A DNA stretch of 64,000 nt. It comes from an uncultured bacterium. GTDB taxonomy: Bacteria; Krumholzibacteriota; Krumholzibacteriia; Krumholzibacteriales; Krumholzibacteriaceae. Positions 1 to 9,138 of this stretch are shown here, one piece after another. Below the pieces are notes generated by a model. That model did no database searches, was not told the origin of the DNA, and was given only the letters and a program-made list of their open reading frames with translations. The stretch spans positions 8,592 to 72,591 of the forward strand of contig CBDUYR010000008.1 in assembly GCA_965371515.1 (NCBI GenBank), written 5' to 3'. Numbering within the stretch: the stretch's first letter is position 1; each line of letters opens with the position of its first letter. A program made the translations under genes and the position numbers.

Positions 1-735
1 ACTGACCATCCTGATAGCCCTCTTCTCGGGGGCCTTGAAGTCTTCCCGTTTTTCCTCGTACAGGGCCTGTATCTCGGTGTCGGTCGGCTCGTACGGCGGA
101 TCTCCGTCGATGAACGGGATCTTTACGTAACGGACTTTTATCCTCGTGTTCTGCCTGTTGAACCTGTCACGGATCTGTCTCTCCGAGACATGCACCTGCG
201 ACGAGAGCATCGTCTCGAGCTTGAGTTCGGGGAGGACGGAGCGTCCCCATCTCTCCAGTTCTATCCAGTCCGCATCGGGATTCGAAAGGGCCTGCAGGTA
301 TGCCTGGTAGTCGAAGTTGCCCTCTTCGTCGGAGAACATCTGTCTCAGGGTGGGATGGGGATTCCGGCGGAGGAACGAGACGAGTTCGCCGTCGGTGACG
401 GTGATCCCGAGTCTCTCGATCTCCCTTGCGATGATCGTTTTCTGGATCATCATCTCCCAGGCCTGCTCGCTGAGCATGTATGACTCTGTGCTGCTCAGCC
501 TGAAATCCTCTCCGCGCTGCATCTTCAGATTCTTGTACAGCTCCTCGAAATTAGAGCGGTACATCTGCCTGCTGAGCTCGATACCGTCGACCGAGCCGAG
601 CACGTTGCTCACTTCGTCCGGTCTCCTGCCACCGCTTCTCTGGTTCATTCCCCAGACGGCGAATATGGAGACGACGAACGCCACCACGACGACCCACAGG
701 ATCGTTTTCGTGTTTTCCCGCAACTGTTTAAGCAT
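1..735 (-). CDS. SurA N-terminal domain / PpiD-like periplasmic chaperone (peptidyl-prolyl isomerase family); 5' part only, runs off the window
   Basis: Not in the ORF track. Manual translation from ATG at 735 gives MLKQLRENTKTILWVVVVAFVVSIFAVWG...LGSVDGIELS...AWEMMIQKTIIAREIERLGITVTDGEL...GNFDYQAY, the typical PpiD N-terminal anchor plus SurA_N domain. The frame is open to position 1. Confidence 0.85.
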   Translation of the reverse strand, partial: MLKQLRENTKTILWVVVVAFVVSIFAVWGMNQRSGGRRPDEVSNVLGSVDGIELSRQMYRSNFEELYKNLKMQRGEDFRLSSTESYMLSEQAWEMMIQKTIIAREIERLGITVTDGELVSFLRRNPHPTLRQMFSDEEGNFDYQAYLQALSNPDADWIELERWGRSVLPELKLETMLSSQVHVSERQIRDRFNRQNTRIKVRYVKIPFIDGDPPYEPTDTEIQALYEEKREDFKAPEKRAIRMVS

Positions 736-842
736 CTGGTGCTACCCTGTCCTTTCGAAACATGTCGAATACTCAGAAATCATTCAGTCATAATCCATTA
801 AACTAGCAAATAAGATGTCTGCTTGCAAATATTTTAACGGCG

Positions 843-872
843 TTGACAGCGTTCGCGCGGCGGTGGTAATTT
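843..872 (+). promoter_or_regulatory. sigma70-type promoter candidate for the M23 peptidase-dnaE unit
   Basis: TTGACA (843-848), 18 nt, then TAATTT (867-872) preceded by an extended -10 TGn. Confidence 0.5.
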
Positions 873-881
873 CCACGGGAC

Positions 882-3146
882 ATGTCGGAAAAGAGATCCT
901 GGAATAAGTCCCGCAGCCGGTCATTTGCCCGGCTGTTCGCTGCCGCCGTCCTGGCGGCGCTGCTGCTTCCCGCGGCATCCCCAGGTGCGCGCGGCGAGGT
1001 CTACCTGTGGCCCATGCACGGCAACAGGCGCCTCAGTTCCAGCTTCAGCGAATACAGGGCCGGCCACTATCACGCCGGGATAGACCTGCGCTCGTACGGG
1101 GCGGTCGGGCTCCCGTGTCTCGCCGTGTCGGAAGGACGGGTCGTCAGGGTGAAGGTCGGAGCCGCCGGGTACGGGAAGGCGCTCTACCTAAAGCTCGCCG
1201 ACGGCCGCACGGCGGTCTACGCCCATCTCGACCAGTTCGACAGGAGGGTCGACTCCCTCGCCTGGCATTACAGGGTGCAGAGGGAGACTAACTGGTGCGA
1301 CTTCCGGCTGCCGGACGGTGCATACACCTTCGAGGTCGGCGATACGGTGGCCTTCTCCGGCGAGACGGGGACGGTGGCCCCGCACCTGCATTTCGAGCTG
1401 CGAGACGAGGCCGGGAGACCGGTCAATCCCCTCGTCGACATCTATACACTCTCCGACAGTGTGCCGCCGATCGTCTCGGGTCTCGAGATCGTTCCCCTCG
1501 GCCGCGGAAGCGTCACGGAGGAGGGTCCCCTGCCCCTTGTCAGGCAGTTCAGGGCGTCCGGGTCGTCGCGGTTCATAATGCCCGATATCATTCATCTCGA
1601 CGGGGAATTCGGTTTCGCGATCTCCACATGGGATGAGCAGGGGTACGGGAGGTACAGGATGGCGCCGGTCTCGATCGAGCTGGCGGTCGATGGACAGATA
1701 CTCTATACGGCAAGAAACGAAGGCTATTCATATACACAGTCGGGCGAGATAACGGCCGAGTACGATGTCAGGGGAGAAGGGCCGGCGAACCGTTATCTGA
1801 GACTCTGGCCAGTCCGGGGAGGCACGAGGACCGACAGGTCCGGTCCGGGAATAGTACATACCGGGAAGAGGGAATCCGGGGTCGTCCTCCAGAAGGGGCT
1901 CCACGTAGGGCTCCTGACGGTCAGGGACGCTTCGGGAAATTCCTCGAGCGCAATTTTCCATTTCGCACTACACGATTTTCCCATGATTACAACGGCGCGA
2001 AGGCTCGAGGCCGCGGCGGAGGTCGTCGTGGCGGCCGTGGACCCGGACGGCGGCGATGTGATCGTCAGGCTCTTCGAATCCTTCGACGGGGGGGGTGCCT
2101 GGAATGCGCTCGCAATCGAGCGCGTGGGGGAGTATTTCAGGGCGGCGGTGACCGATCGTGCCGGAGCGGTCTACAGGGTCGACGCGGTCGATGATGAGGG
2201 CGCCGTGGTCAGCCGATGGTTCGCCTCGCCGCAGGTCTCGGCGGAGAGGGACATGGTCTTCGCGTCGCTCCTTCCGGGGACCTTCGATGAGGGAGTCTGC
2301 CTCCATGTGAAAGCCGATGCCGTTCTTGCCTCGATGCCCGGGATAGCGGTGGGGGAGGACAACCCGCTGTCCGTCTATCAGACGGGCCCGGCGGAGTATA
2401 TAGCGATTGCCGGAAACGAGGCATTCGGCCGGGGCGACGCGGTCTTCACATTCTCTGGTGTTGATTACAGGGGTTTCCCGGTCTTTGCCGCGAAAGCCTC
2501 GAGGATATTCGCGCTGCGCTCTGGCGACAGCGCCCGGTTTACCCTCTCAGATTCGATCGACGCAAGGATGGAAGCGCCTTCCCTTCGCGGGACCACACCG
2601 ATCAGGATCACCGAGGTCCCGATGCGCGGGCCCGCCCCCGTGGGGCTGACCCCGGTCAGCGGGCCTTTCGACCTCGATTTTCCGATGGAGAACCTTTCAA
2701 AACCGATGAGGCTCCACTGCGAGCTGGACAGGAGAACGGGGCTCTTCATCTGGAAGGAGAAGAAGGGGTGGAAATGCGTTGGTGTCCCGGCCATGGATGG
2801 CGGGTACATATCGGTCGGTAAACCGGGCAAGTATATGTTTTTCAGTGACGGTATTCCGCCCGCGATCGAGCATGTAGCGGTGGAGAAGAGTCACGAGGGA
2901 AGCGGATTCTTCAAACCGTATTTCTGTGCAGTCCCCGTTACCGAGGAGGGGACCGGCGTTGATCCGTGGGCCGCCGAGGCCTGGCTCGGGGGAGAGAGGG
3001 TAGTCTGCGAGTGGGACGGGTTCAGAAAGAGGCTCGTCATCCCCGTACCCGCGTCGTTTTCCGCGGGCCATACAGTACTTTCCGTTGAGGTCAGCGACCG
3101 CGCAGGAAACAGAAGTGTCGGCGAATTTGGATTTGTGTTAGAATAA
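882..3146 (+). CDS. Secreted M23 family metallopeptidase with a long C-terminal extension
   Basis: Signal peptide; M23 zinc motifs HAGID (HxxxD) and PHLHFE (HxH); GYGKALY...YAHL. Confidence 0.85.
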   Translation: MSEKRSWNKSRSRSFARLFAAAVLAALLLPAASPGARGEVYLWPMHGNRRLSSSFSEYRAGHYHAGIDLRSYGAVGLPCLAVSEGRVVRVKVGAAGYGKALYLKLADGRTAVYAHLDQFDRRVDSLAWHYRVQRETNWCDFRLPDGAYTFEVGDTVAFSGETGTVAPHLHFELRDEAGRPVNPLVDIYTLSDSVPPIVSGLEIVPLGRGSVTEEGPLPLVRQFRASGSSRFIMPDIIHLDGEFGFAISTWDEQGYGRYRMAPVSIELAVDGQILYTARNEGYSYTQSGEITAEYDVRGEGPANRYLRLWPVRGGTRTDRSGPGIVHTGKRESGVVLQKGLHVGLLTVRDASGNSSSAIFHFALHDFPMITTARRLEAAAEVVVAAVDPDGGDVIVRLFESFDGGGAWNALAIERVGEYFRAAVTDRAGAVYRVDAVDDEGAVVSRWFASPQVSAERDMVFASLLPGTFDEGVCLHVKADAVLASMPGIAVGEDNPLSVYQTGPAEYIAIAGNEAFGRGDAVFTFSGVDYRGFPVFAAKASRIFALRSGDSARFTLSDSIDARMEAPSLRGTTPIRITEVPMRGPAPVGLTPVSGPFDLDFPMENLSKPMRLHCELDRRTGLFIWKEKKGWKCVGVPAMDGGYISVGKPGKYMFFSDGIPPAIEHVAVEKSHEGSGFFKPYFCAVPVTEEGTGVDPWAAEAWLGGERVVCEWDGFRKRLVIPVPASFSAGHTVLSVEVSDRAGNRSVGEFGFVLE

Positions 3147-3168
3147 GCGGCCGGGAGGTAGAGGCAGA

Positions 3169-6100
3169 ATGGCCGGCGCAGGTTTTCTTCATCTTCACAA
3201 CCATTCGGAGTACAGCCTTCTCGATGGAGCGCTTCGTATCAAGGACCTCGTATCCACCTCGGTGGACATGGGGATGAGTGCCGTTGCGCTCACCGACCAT
3301 GGCAATCTCTTCGGCGCGATACCTTTCTTCCGCGAGGCGAAGGCGGCGGGGATCAAGCCGATAATCGGCATGGAGGCCTATGTTGCCAGGGGCGGCCATA
3401 CTCAGAAGACGGCCCTCCGGGGCCAGGCGAAGAACGAGCATCTTGTTCTCCTCGTCAAGAATGAGACGGGTTACAGGAACCTGCTCGAGCTTTCGTCGAT
3501 CGCGTATACGGAAGGCTTCTACTATAAACCGAGGATAGATCTCGAGCTCCTCGAGAAGTACGCCGAAGGCCTTATAGGACTTACCGCCTGCCTTCAGGGC
3601 TCGATCCCGAGGCTTCTCAGGGACGGACGCAGGGAGGAGGCGGCCGGACTTGCGAAGAGGCTCGCCTCGATCTTCGCGCCGGGCGACTTCTACATAGAGC
3701 TGCAGAATCACGGTATTCCGGAGGAGATCGAGCTGATCCCGAAACTCGTCGAACTGGCACGGGAGCTCGACCTCCCGATCGTCGCAACGAACGACTGCCA
3801 CTTCTGCATGGCGGATGACCATGAGGCGCACGATGTCCTGCTCTGCCTGCAGACGGGCAAGGACCTCGATGATCCGGCGAGGGGGATGCGCTCACACCCG
3901 GAGACGTACTTCAAGTCTCCCGAAGAGATGCAAAGGCTCTTCGCCGATTATCCCGAGGCACTGTCGAACACGCTGGAGATCGCTGAGAAGTGCGATTTCG
4001 AGCTGACAGACAGGGGGACACAGCTTCCGATCTTCCCGATACCCGAGCCGTATGAGAGTCCCGAGGAGTATCTCGGTCATATCGTTGACGAGTATCTCCC
4101 GAAGCGCCTGCACGAAGTGACAGCAGAGGTCCGGGAGAGGATCCGGTACGAGCTCGATGTGATCAACAAGATGAACTTTGCCGGATATTTCCTCATCGTC
4201 TGGGACATCGTACACGCGGCCAAGAAGATGGGAATTCCCGTCGGGCCGGGAAGGGGATCGGCGGCGGGAAGCCTCGTCTGCTACACCCTCGGCATCACGA
4301 ATATCAACCCACTCGAGCACGGCCTTCTCTTCGAAAGATTCTTAAATCCAGAGCGTATCTCAATGCCGGATATAGATATAGACTTCTGCGACGATAAGCG
4401 TCAGGAAGTCATCGATCATGTCGTGGAAAAGTACGGCAAGGAGAACGTCTGCCAGATAATCACATTCGGGAGGATGGCCGCGAGGGCGGTCATAAGGGAT
4501 GTCGGCAGGGTGCTGAAGATCCCATACGGCGATGTCGATAAATTCGCCAAGATGATTCCGTCGGTGCCGGGCACTACCCTGACGAAAGCGCTCGAGTCGG
4601 TATCAGAGATGAGGGAACGCTACGACAGCGATCCACAGATAAAGCGCCTCGTAGACCTTTCACTGCGTCTCGAGGGGCTGGCCCGTCACGCCTCGACTCA
4701 CGCCGCCGGGGTCGTCATAACACCTACGAGGCTCGTAGACCACGTCCCCCTCTACCGCTCGACCAAGGGCGAGGTCACCACGCAGTACGAGATGAAGATC
4801 CTCGAGAGCATCGGCCTGCTGAAGGTAGACATCCTCGGGCTGAAGACACTCTCGCATATCGAGAAGACACAGGCCCTTATTAAGGAGCACGAGGGCATCG
4901 AGATCGATATCGACAATATACCTGTCGACGACCCGGAAACCTTCAAACTCCTCGGCAAGGGACGCACGGTGGCTCTTTTCCAGCTAGAGTCCTCTGGTAT
5001 GAGGGATCTCCTGCGCAGGATCGAACCGACCGTCTTCGGCGATATTACCGCTATCAACGCTCTTTACAGGCCCGGCCCGCTCGGAAGCGGGATGGTGACC
5101 GATTTCGTAGAGCGTAAGCACGGGCGCAAGAAGATCAAGTACGACCACGAGCTGCTCGAGCCGATCCTCAAAGAGACGTACGGCGTGATCCTCTATCAGG
5201 AGCAGGTCATGCGCATAGCGAGCGATATGGCAGGCTTCACGCTCGGACAGGCCGACATACTGCGGCGCGCGATGGGGAAGAAAAAAGTCAAGGAGATGAA
5301 GAAGCAGCGCCAGGCCTTCATCGAGGGGGCAGTCGATCGCGGCATCCCGCAGAAGTCTGCCAAGAAGGTTTTCAAGCTGATGGAGCATTTCGCCGGGTAC
5401 GGATTCAACAAGTCGCATTCTGCCGCGTACGCTATGGTCTCGATGCAGACGGCCTACCTCAAGACCCATCACATGGCGGCCTTCATGGCCGCGGCGATGA
5501 CGAGCGACATGGGAGACACCAACAGGCTGGTCGTGCTTCTCGACGAATGCAGGAACCTCGATCTGCTTGTTGACCCGCCCGACATCAATTCGGGCGGCAC
5601 AAGCTTCGGACTGGCCGGCGGCGCGATAACATACGGGCTCGCCGCTATCAAGAACGTAGGCGAGAAGGCGATCGGAGGTGTTGTCGAGGAGAGGAAGCAG
5701 AACGGTCCGTTCCGTGACCTGTTCGATTTCTGCGACCGAATAGATCTGAGGCAGATCAACCGCCGCGTCATCGAGAACCTTATTCAGAGCGGGGCGACGG
5801 ATTGCCTTCCCGGCAGGAGGTCGCAGAAGATGGCCTCGCTGGAACGGATCATCAAGCACGCGCAGCGGAGACAGGCGGAGAAGGACAATAGGCAGGAGAT
5901 CCTCGGCTTCGGCGACGGTTCTCCGGAGTGGGAGACGGTGTCGCTCGACGACGTTCCCGCATGGGATGACAGCGAACGGCTTCACAGGGAGAAGGAATCG
6001 CTCGGATTTTACTTCTCCGGACATCCCCTAGACAGGTATCGGGATTTATTGAGGCCGCTTCTGTCGGTTGACAGCACGACACTGCAGGACAAAAAGGACA

Positions 6101-6600
6101 AGGAGCAGGTCATCCTTGTCGGTATGGTCATCAATCGGAGGGTGATCAACGACCGCAAAGGTCAGGAGATGGCCTTCGTCACGGTGGAGGATTTCAACGG
6201 TTCATACGAGGTGATTGTCTTCGCCAGCTCTTTCCGGACGAGCCGGGAGAGGCTCGAGAAGGACAACCTTGTCGTTATCCCGGGGAAGATTACGATCAGA
6301 GAAGGGACCGAGGCGAAGGTGATCGCCGACAAGGTCTACACGATAGACGAGGCTCTGAGGTACTTGACTCGCGCGGTTCATCTCAGGGTAGAGGGAGAGA
6401 AGCTTGGTGACGCTGAGCTCGAGAGGCTGAGGAACGCCATATCACGCTACGCGGGAGAGAAACAGGTGGTGCTTCACGTGAAGCTCAACGGAGACGGTGA
6501 GAGGAAAGTCAGGCCGAGGACTATGGGAGTCTCTCCCGGCCTCGAGTTGATAGGAGAACTGAAGAAGATATCGGGGGTGGAACATGTGGAAGTCTCGTAG
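3169..6600 (+). CDS. dnaE: DNA polymerase III alpha subunit
   Basis: PHP domain HLHNHSEYSLLDG/TDHGN; GPGRGSAAGS; FERFLNPERISMPDIDIDF; FAGYGFNKSHSAAY; C-terminal OB fold; normal length. Confidence 0.98.
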   Translation: MAGAGFLHLHNHSEYSLLDGALRIKDLVSTSVDMGMSAVALTDHGNLFGAIPFFREAKAAGIKPIIGMEAYVARGGHTQKTALRGQAKNEHLVLLVKNETGYRNLLELSSIAYTEGFYYKPRIDLELLEKYAEGLIGLTACLQGSIPRLLRDGRREEAAGLAKRLASIFAPGDFYIELQNHGIPEEIELIPKLVELARELDLPIVATNDCHFCMADDHEAHDVLLCLQTGKDLDDPARGMRSHPETYFKSPEEMQRLFADYPEALSNTLEIAEKCDFELTDRGTQLPIFPIPEPYESPEEYLGHIVDEYLPKRLHEVTAEVRERIRYELDVINKMNFAGYFLIVWDIVHAAKKMGIPVGPGRGSAAGSLVCYTLGITNINPLEHGLLFERFLNPERISMPDIDIDFCDDKRQEVIDHVVEKYGKENVCQIITFGRMAARAVIRDVGRVLKIPYGDVDKFAKMIPSVPGTTLTKALESVSEMRERYDSDPQIKRLVDLSLRLEGLARHASTHAAGVVITPTRLVDHVPLYRSTKGEVTTQYEMKILESIGLLKVDILGLKTLSHIEKTQALIKEHEGIEIDIDNIPVDDPETFKLLGKGRTVALFQLESSGMRDLLRRIEPTVFGDITAINALYRPGPLGSGMVTDFVERKHGRKKIKYDHELLEPILKETYGVILYQEQVMRIASDMAGFTLGQADILRRAMGKKKVKEMKKQRQAFIEGAVDRGIPQKSAKKVFKLMEHFAGYGFNKSHSAAYAMVSMQTAYLKTHHMAAFMAAAMTSDMGDTNRLVVLLDECRNLDLLVDPPDINSGGTSFGLAGGAITYGLAAIKNVGEKAIGGVVEERKQNGPFRDLFDFCDRIDLRQINRRVIENLIQSGATDCLPGRRSQKMASLERIIKHAQRRQAEKDNRQEILGFGDGSPEWETVSLDDVPAWDDSERLHREKESLGFYFSGHPLDRYRDLLRPLLSVDSTTLQDKKDKEQVILVGMVINRRVINDRKGQEMAFVTVEDFNGSYEVIVFASSFRTSRERLEKDNLVVIPGKITIREGTEAKVIADKVYTIDEALRYLTRAVHLRVEGEKLGDAELERLRNAISRYAGEKQVVLHVKLNGDGERKVRPRTMGVSPGLELIGELKKISGVEHVEVS

Positions 6601-7357
6601 GTCGTTTGTCCTGTCTCTCTCGGTGATCACGGCGGTGATGCTGACCGCGGGCGGTGCGGGAGCGCAGCTGCTCGAGGACCTCAAGGTGGTGTCGACGCCG
6701 ACGGCGGGGCTGATCGGGCACGGATCGTATATGTTCGAGGGCAGGATCGGCCCGGGCAACGATCTCCTGTTCGGCATGGGTGTCGGGTTTCACGACAGGC
6801 TCATGGTCGGTATGTCGTTCGGGCTCCAGAACTTCATCGGAAAGGGCCAGATCGAGGCGAACAACCTGCCCGGTTTCCAGCTGAGACTCAGGATGATCGA
6901 GGAGGGTCTCGCCGGGCCCGCGCTCGCCATCGGGATCGACACACAGGGAGAGGGGCGCTATGACGATGACGATGAGAGATACGAGCGGAAATCGCTCGGT
7001 GTCTATGCCGTAGTGAGCAGGAATTTCGACGCCCGCATCAACATAGGCCTGCACGGCGGAATAAACTATTCATTCGAGAACCGGGACGAGGACGGCATCG
7101 ACCTCTTTGTCGGCACCTCCTTTACGATCATTCCGGGACTGACGCTGCTGCTCGATTACGACGCGTGTTTCGACGACGACAATGCCCACGTCGCAACAAC
7201 GCGGACTAAGGGCAAAGGGTATCTCGACTGCGGGATCAGGTTCGATTACGGAGAGAACCTCAGGATGAGGCTACTGTTCAAGGACCTTCTAGGGAACTAT
7301 ATGCCGGAGAGCGGCGTGGCCCGTTCGATAGAGATCTTGTATATAAACTGGTTCTAG
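6584..7357 (+). CDS. Outer-membrane beta-barrel protein (YjbH-like)
   Basis: Signal peptide, N-terminal 'STPTAG' motif, alternating amphipathic strands, C-terminal aromatic (YINWF). Confidence 0.6.
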   Translation: MWKSRRSFVLSLSVITAVMLTAGGAGAQLLEDLKVVSTPTAGLIGHGSYMFEGRIGPGNDLLFGMGVGFHDRLMVGMSFGLQNFIGKGQIEANNLPGFQLRLRMIEEGLAGPALAIGIDTQGEGRYDDDDERYERKSLGVYAVVSRNFDARINIGLHGGINYSFENRDEDGIDLFVGTSFTIIPGLTLLLDYDACFDDDNAHVATTRTKGKGYLDCGIRFDYGENLRMRLLFKDLLGNYMPESGVARSIEILYINWF

Positions 7358-7397
7358 ATCGGTCCCGCGGTGAAGCGGGCCGGAAAGATGTGATCGG

Positions 7398-8351
7398 ATG
7401 GAACAGAGCGACGCGAGGATCCTCGAATTCGAGAAGCCGGTCTACGAGCTCCAGGGTAGGATCGACCGGCTCAAGAAGGAGGGAAAGGCCTCAGCCGGCG
7501 AGATAGCCGGCCTCGAGCAGCGGCTCGTCGACCTCGAGGGAAAGGTCTACAGGGAACTTTCCGCGTGGGAGCAGGTCCAGCTCGCCAGGCATCCGATGCG
7601 GCCGACGGTCGTCGATTACATCAGAATGATGTGCGAGGAGTTCGAGGAACTCCACGGGGACCGACTTTTCAAGGACGATCCGGCCATGGTCGGCGGGATC
7701 GCCTCGATGGGCGGCCGCAGGATCATGATCGTCGGTCACGAAAAGGGTCGCAGCACGAGGGAGAGGCTGTCACGGAACTTCGGGATGGCCAACCCTGAGG
7801 GATTCAGAAAGGCGCTGCGGCTGATGAAGACCGCCGAGAAGTTCGGAATGCCGATACTCTCGATCGTCGATACCCCCGGCGCATACCCCGGTGTCGAGGC
7901 TGAAGAGAGAGGCCAGCCCAGGGCGATAGCCGACAACCTGCAGCAGGTATTCGATATAGATACGCCCATCGTCGTCGTGATAATCGGCGAGGGGGGCAGC
8001 GGGGGAGCGCTGGCGCTTGCCGTCGGAGACAGAGTGCTGATGCTGGAGCATTCGATATATTCAGTGATCTCTCCCGAAGGGTGCGCCGCGATCCTGTGGA
8101 AGAGCAGGGAGAAAGCTCCCGATGCCGCGGAGGCTCTGCGGCTCACCGCCGGGGACTGCCTCAAGCTGAAGGTGATAGACAGGATAATCGATGAATCCCG
8201 CGGGGCGGCCCACAGGGACCCCGAGGGTACCGCTCAGCGCGTCCGGAGCGAGGTCCTGGCCGAGCTGGAAGGGATCGAAGCCCTCCAGCCCGATCTTCTG
8301 CTCGAACGCCGCAGGCAGAAATTTTCCGAGCTGGGGGTCGTCGAGGAGTGA
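7398..8351 (+). CDS. accA: Acetyl-CoA carboxylase carboxyltransferase alpha subunit
   Basis: LEFEKP, VQLARHPMRP, RNFGMANPEGFRKALR, DTPGAYPG, GEGGSGGALA, YSVISPEGCAAILWK. Confidence 0.97.
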   Translation: MEQSDARILEFEKPVYELQGRIDRLKKEGKASAGEIAGLEQRLVDLEGKVYRELSAWEQVQLARHPMRPTVVDYIRMMCEEFEELHGDRLFKDDPAMVGGIASMGGRRIMIVGHEKGRSTRERLSRNFGMANPEGFRKALRLMKTAEKFGMPILSIVDTPGAYPGVEAEERGQPRAIADNLQQVFDIDTPIVVVIIGEGGSGGALALAVGDRVLMLEHSIYSVISPEGCAAILWKSREKAPDAAEALRLTAGDCLKLKVIDRIIDESRGAAHRDPEGTAQRVRSEVLAELEGIEALQPDLLLERRRQKFSELGVVEE

Positions 8352-8376
8352 CAGGGAGCCCATGATGATTATCGGC

Positions 8377-8406
8377 TTGACCTGAAGGCCTGATATTCCT
8401 TATAAT
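8377..8406 (+). promoter_or_regulatory. sigma70-type promoter
   Basis: TTGACC (8377-8382), 18 nt, then a perfect TATAAT (8401-8406) in an intergenic gap. Confidence 0.75.
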
Positions 8407-8410
8407 TATA

Positions 8411-8520
8411 GAGCCAGCTTAAGGAGCGGGGAGCGATAGTCCCCGCTAAAAAAGTGCTTCTGTGCTGCAGGTCCCTGATGGGAAGTTGGAGATTTCCGTC
8501 TTTGTCAGGGATTTTTCTTT
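8411..8520 (+). ncRNA. Candidate structured leader/attenuator or small RNA (family not recognised)
   Basis: Lies between the promoter and the next ORF. Perfect 8-bp hairpin AGCGGGGA/TCCCCGCT (8425-8447) plus A6, followed by a terminator-like hairpin and U tract. Confidence 0.45.
8471..8520 (+). terminator. Intrinsic terminator-like hairpin upstream of the Trm112-like gene
   Basis: TCCCTGA (8472-8478) pairs with TCAGGGA (8505-8511), with further inner pairing possible, followed by TTTTTCTTT. Confidence 0.6.
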
Positions 8521-8535
8521 AGGGGGAAAAGGACG

Positions 8536-8706
8536 ATGGTCAGACAGGATCTGCTCGATATTCTTGCCTGTCCCCGCTGCAAGGAAAAGGTCATTCTCAG
8601 CGAGGACGGCGGATGGCTGATCTGCGAGAGCTGCGCAGTGAAATATCCCGTGGAAGAGGATATTCCCATAATGCTCATCGAGCGCGCAAAACCTCTCGAT
8701 GACTGA
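8536..8706 (+). CDS. Trm112-like / YcaR (UPF0434) small protein, 56 aa
   Basis: Below the ORF track cutoff. Manual translation MVRQDLLDILACPRCKEKVILSEDGGWLICESCAVKYPVEEDIPIMLIERAKPLDD matches the LLDILACP-x-CK...LIC-x2-C...YPV-x2-DIP-x-ML pattern. Confidence 0.92.
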   Translation: MVRQDLLDILACPRCKEKVILSEDGGWLICESCAVKYPVEEDIPIMLIERAKPLDD

Positions 8707-8727
8707 TTCCCCGCGGAGGCACAGTCC

Positions 8728-9138
8728 GTGAGCGTGTTCACTCATTTTGCCGCCGGAGCACTTGCCGGCGCGCTTATTGCAAATCCGATCGCGGCTCCGT
8801 TCGTCGGTCTGAGCAGTCACCTGCTGCTCGATATGATACCTCACAGGGATTTCGAGGATTACCGTCTGGAGATTGTCCTGTGGGTCATCTCGATGATCGT
8901 CCTGTTCGCCGGCGGGGCGTACAGCATGGCCATAGTTCTGTGCGGACTCTTCGCCGTCCTTCCGGATTTCGAGAACCTTCTCTGGAAGACGGGAAAGATC
9001 CGTGACGACCAGAAGATATTCCCCGGGCACAGGAAGGGACTTATCAGGCATGGAAGAAAGACCGGAACGTGGAGCATCGTTCTGCAGGTCGCATTCACGG
9101 CGGTTGTCATCGTGTGGATGATCAGGAGGAACGGATGA
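8728..9138 (+). CDS. Small integral membrane protein, possibly a YdjM-like membrane metal-dependent hydrolase
   Basis: Four hydrophobic segments; THFAAG, SHLLLDMIPH and LPD motifs. Confidence 0.55.
   Translation: MSVFTHFAAGALAGALIANPIAAPFVGLSSHLLLDMIPHRDFEDYRLEIVLWVISMIVLFAGGAYSMAIVLCGLFAVLPDFENLLWKTGKIRDDQKIFPGHRKGLIRHGRKTGTWSIVLQVAFTAVVIVWMIRRNG

Noticed and set aside
3169..6600. Intein or split in dnaE
   Set aside because: Normal length, continuous motifs, no intein-type C...HN boundaries
8362..8385. Mini-ORF MMIIGLT after accA looks like the start of coaE or a leader peptide
   Set aside because: Only 7 codons, no GGxxxGK continuation seen, and it coincides with the -35 element; probably chance
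8468..8490. CAGGTCCCTGATGGGAAG is loosely like the SRP RNA core (CAGGTCCGGAAGGAAGCAGC)
   Set aside because: No GNRA tetraloop or AGCAG motif; the segment fits better as a terminator arm
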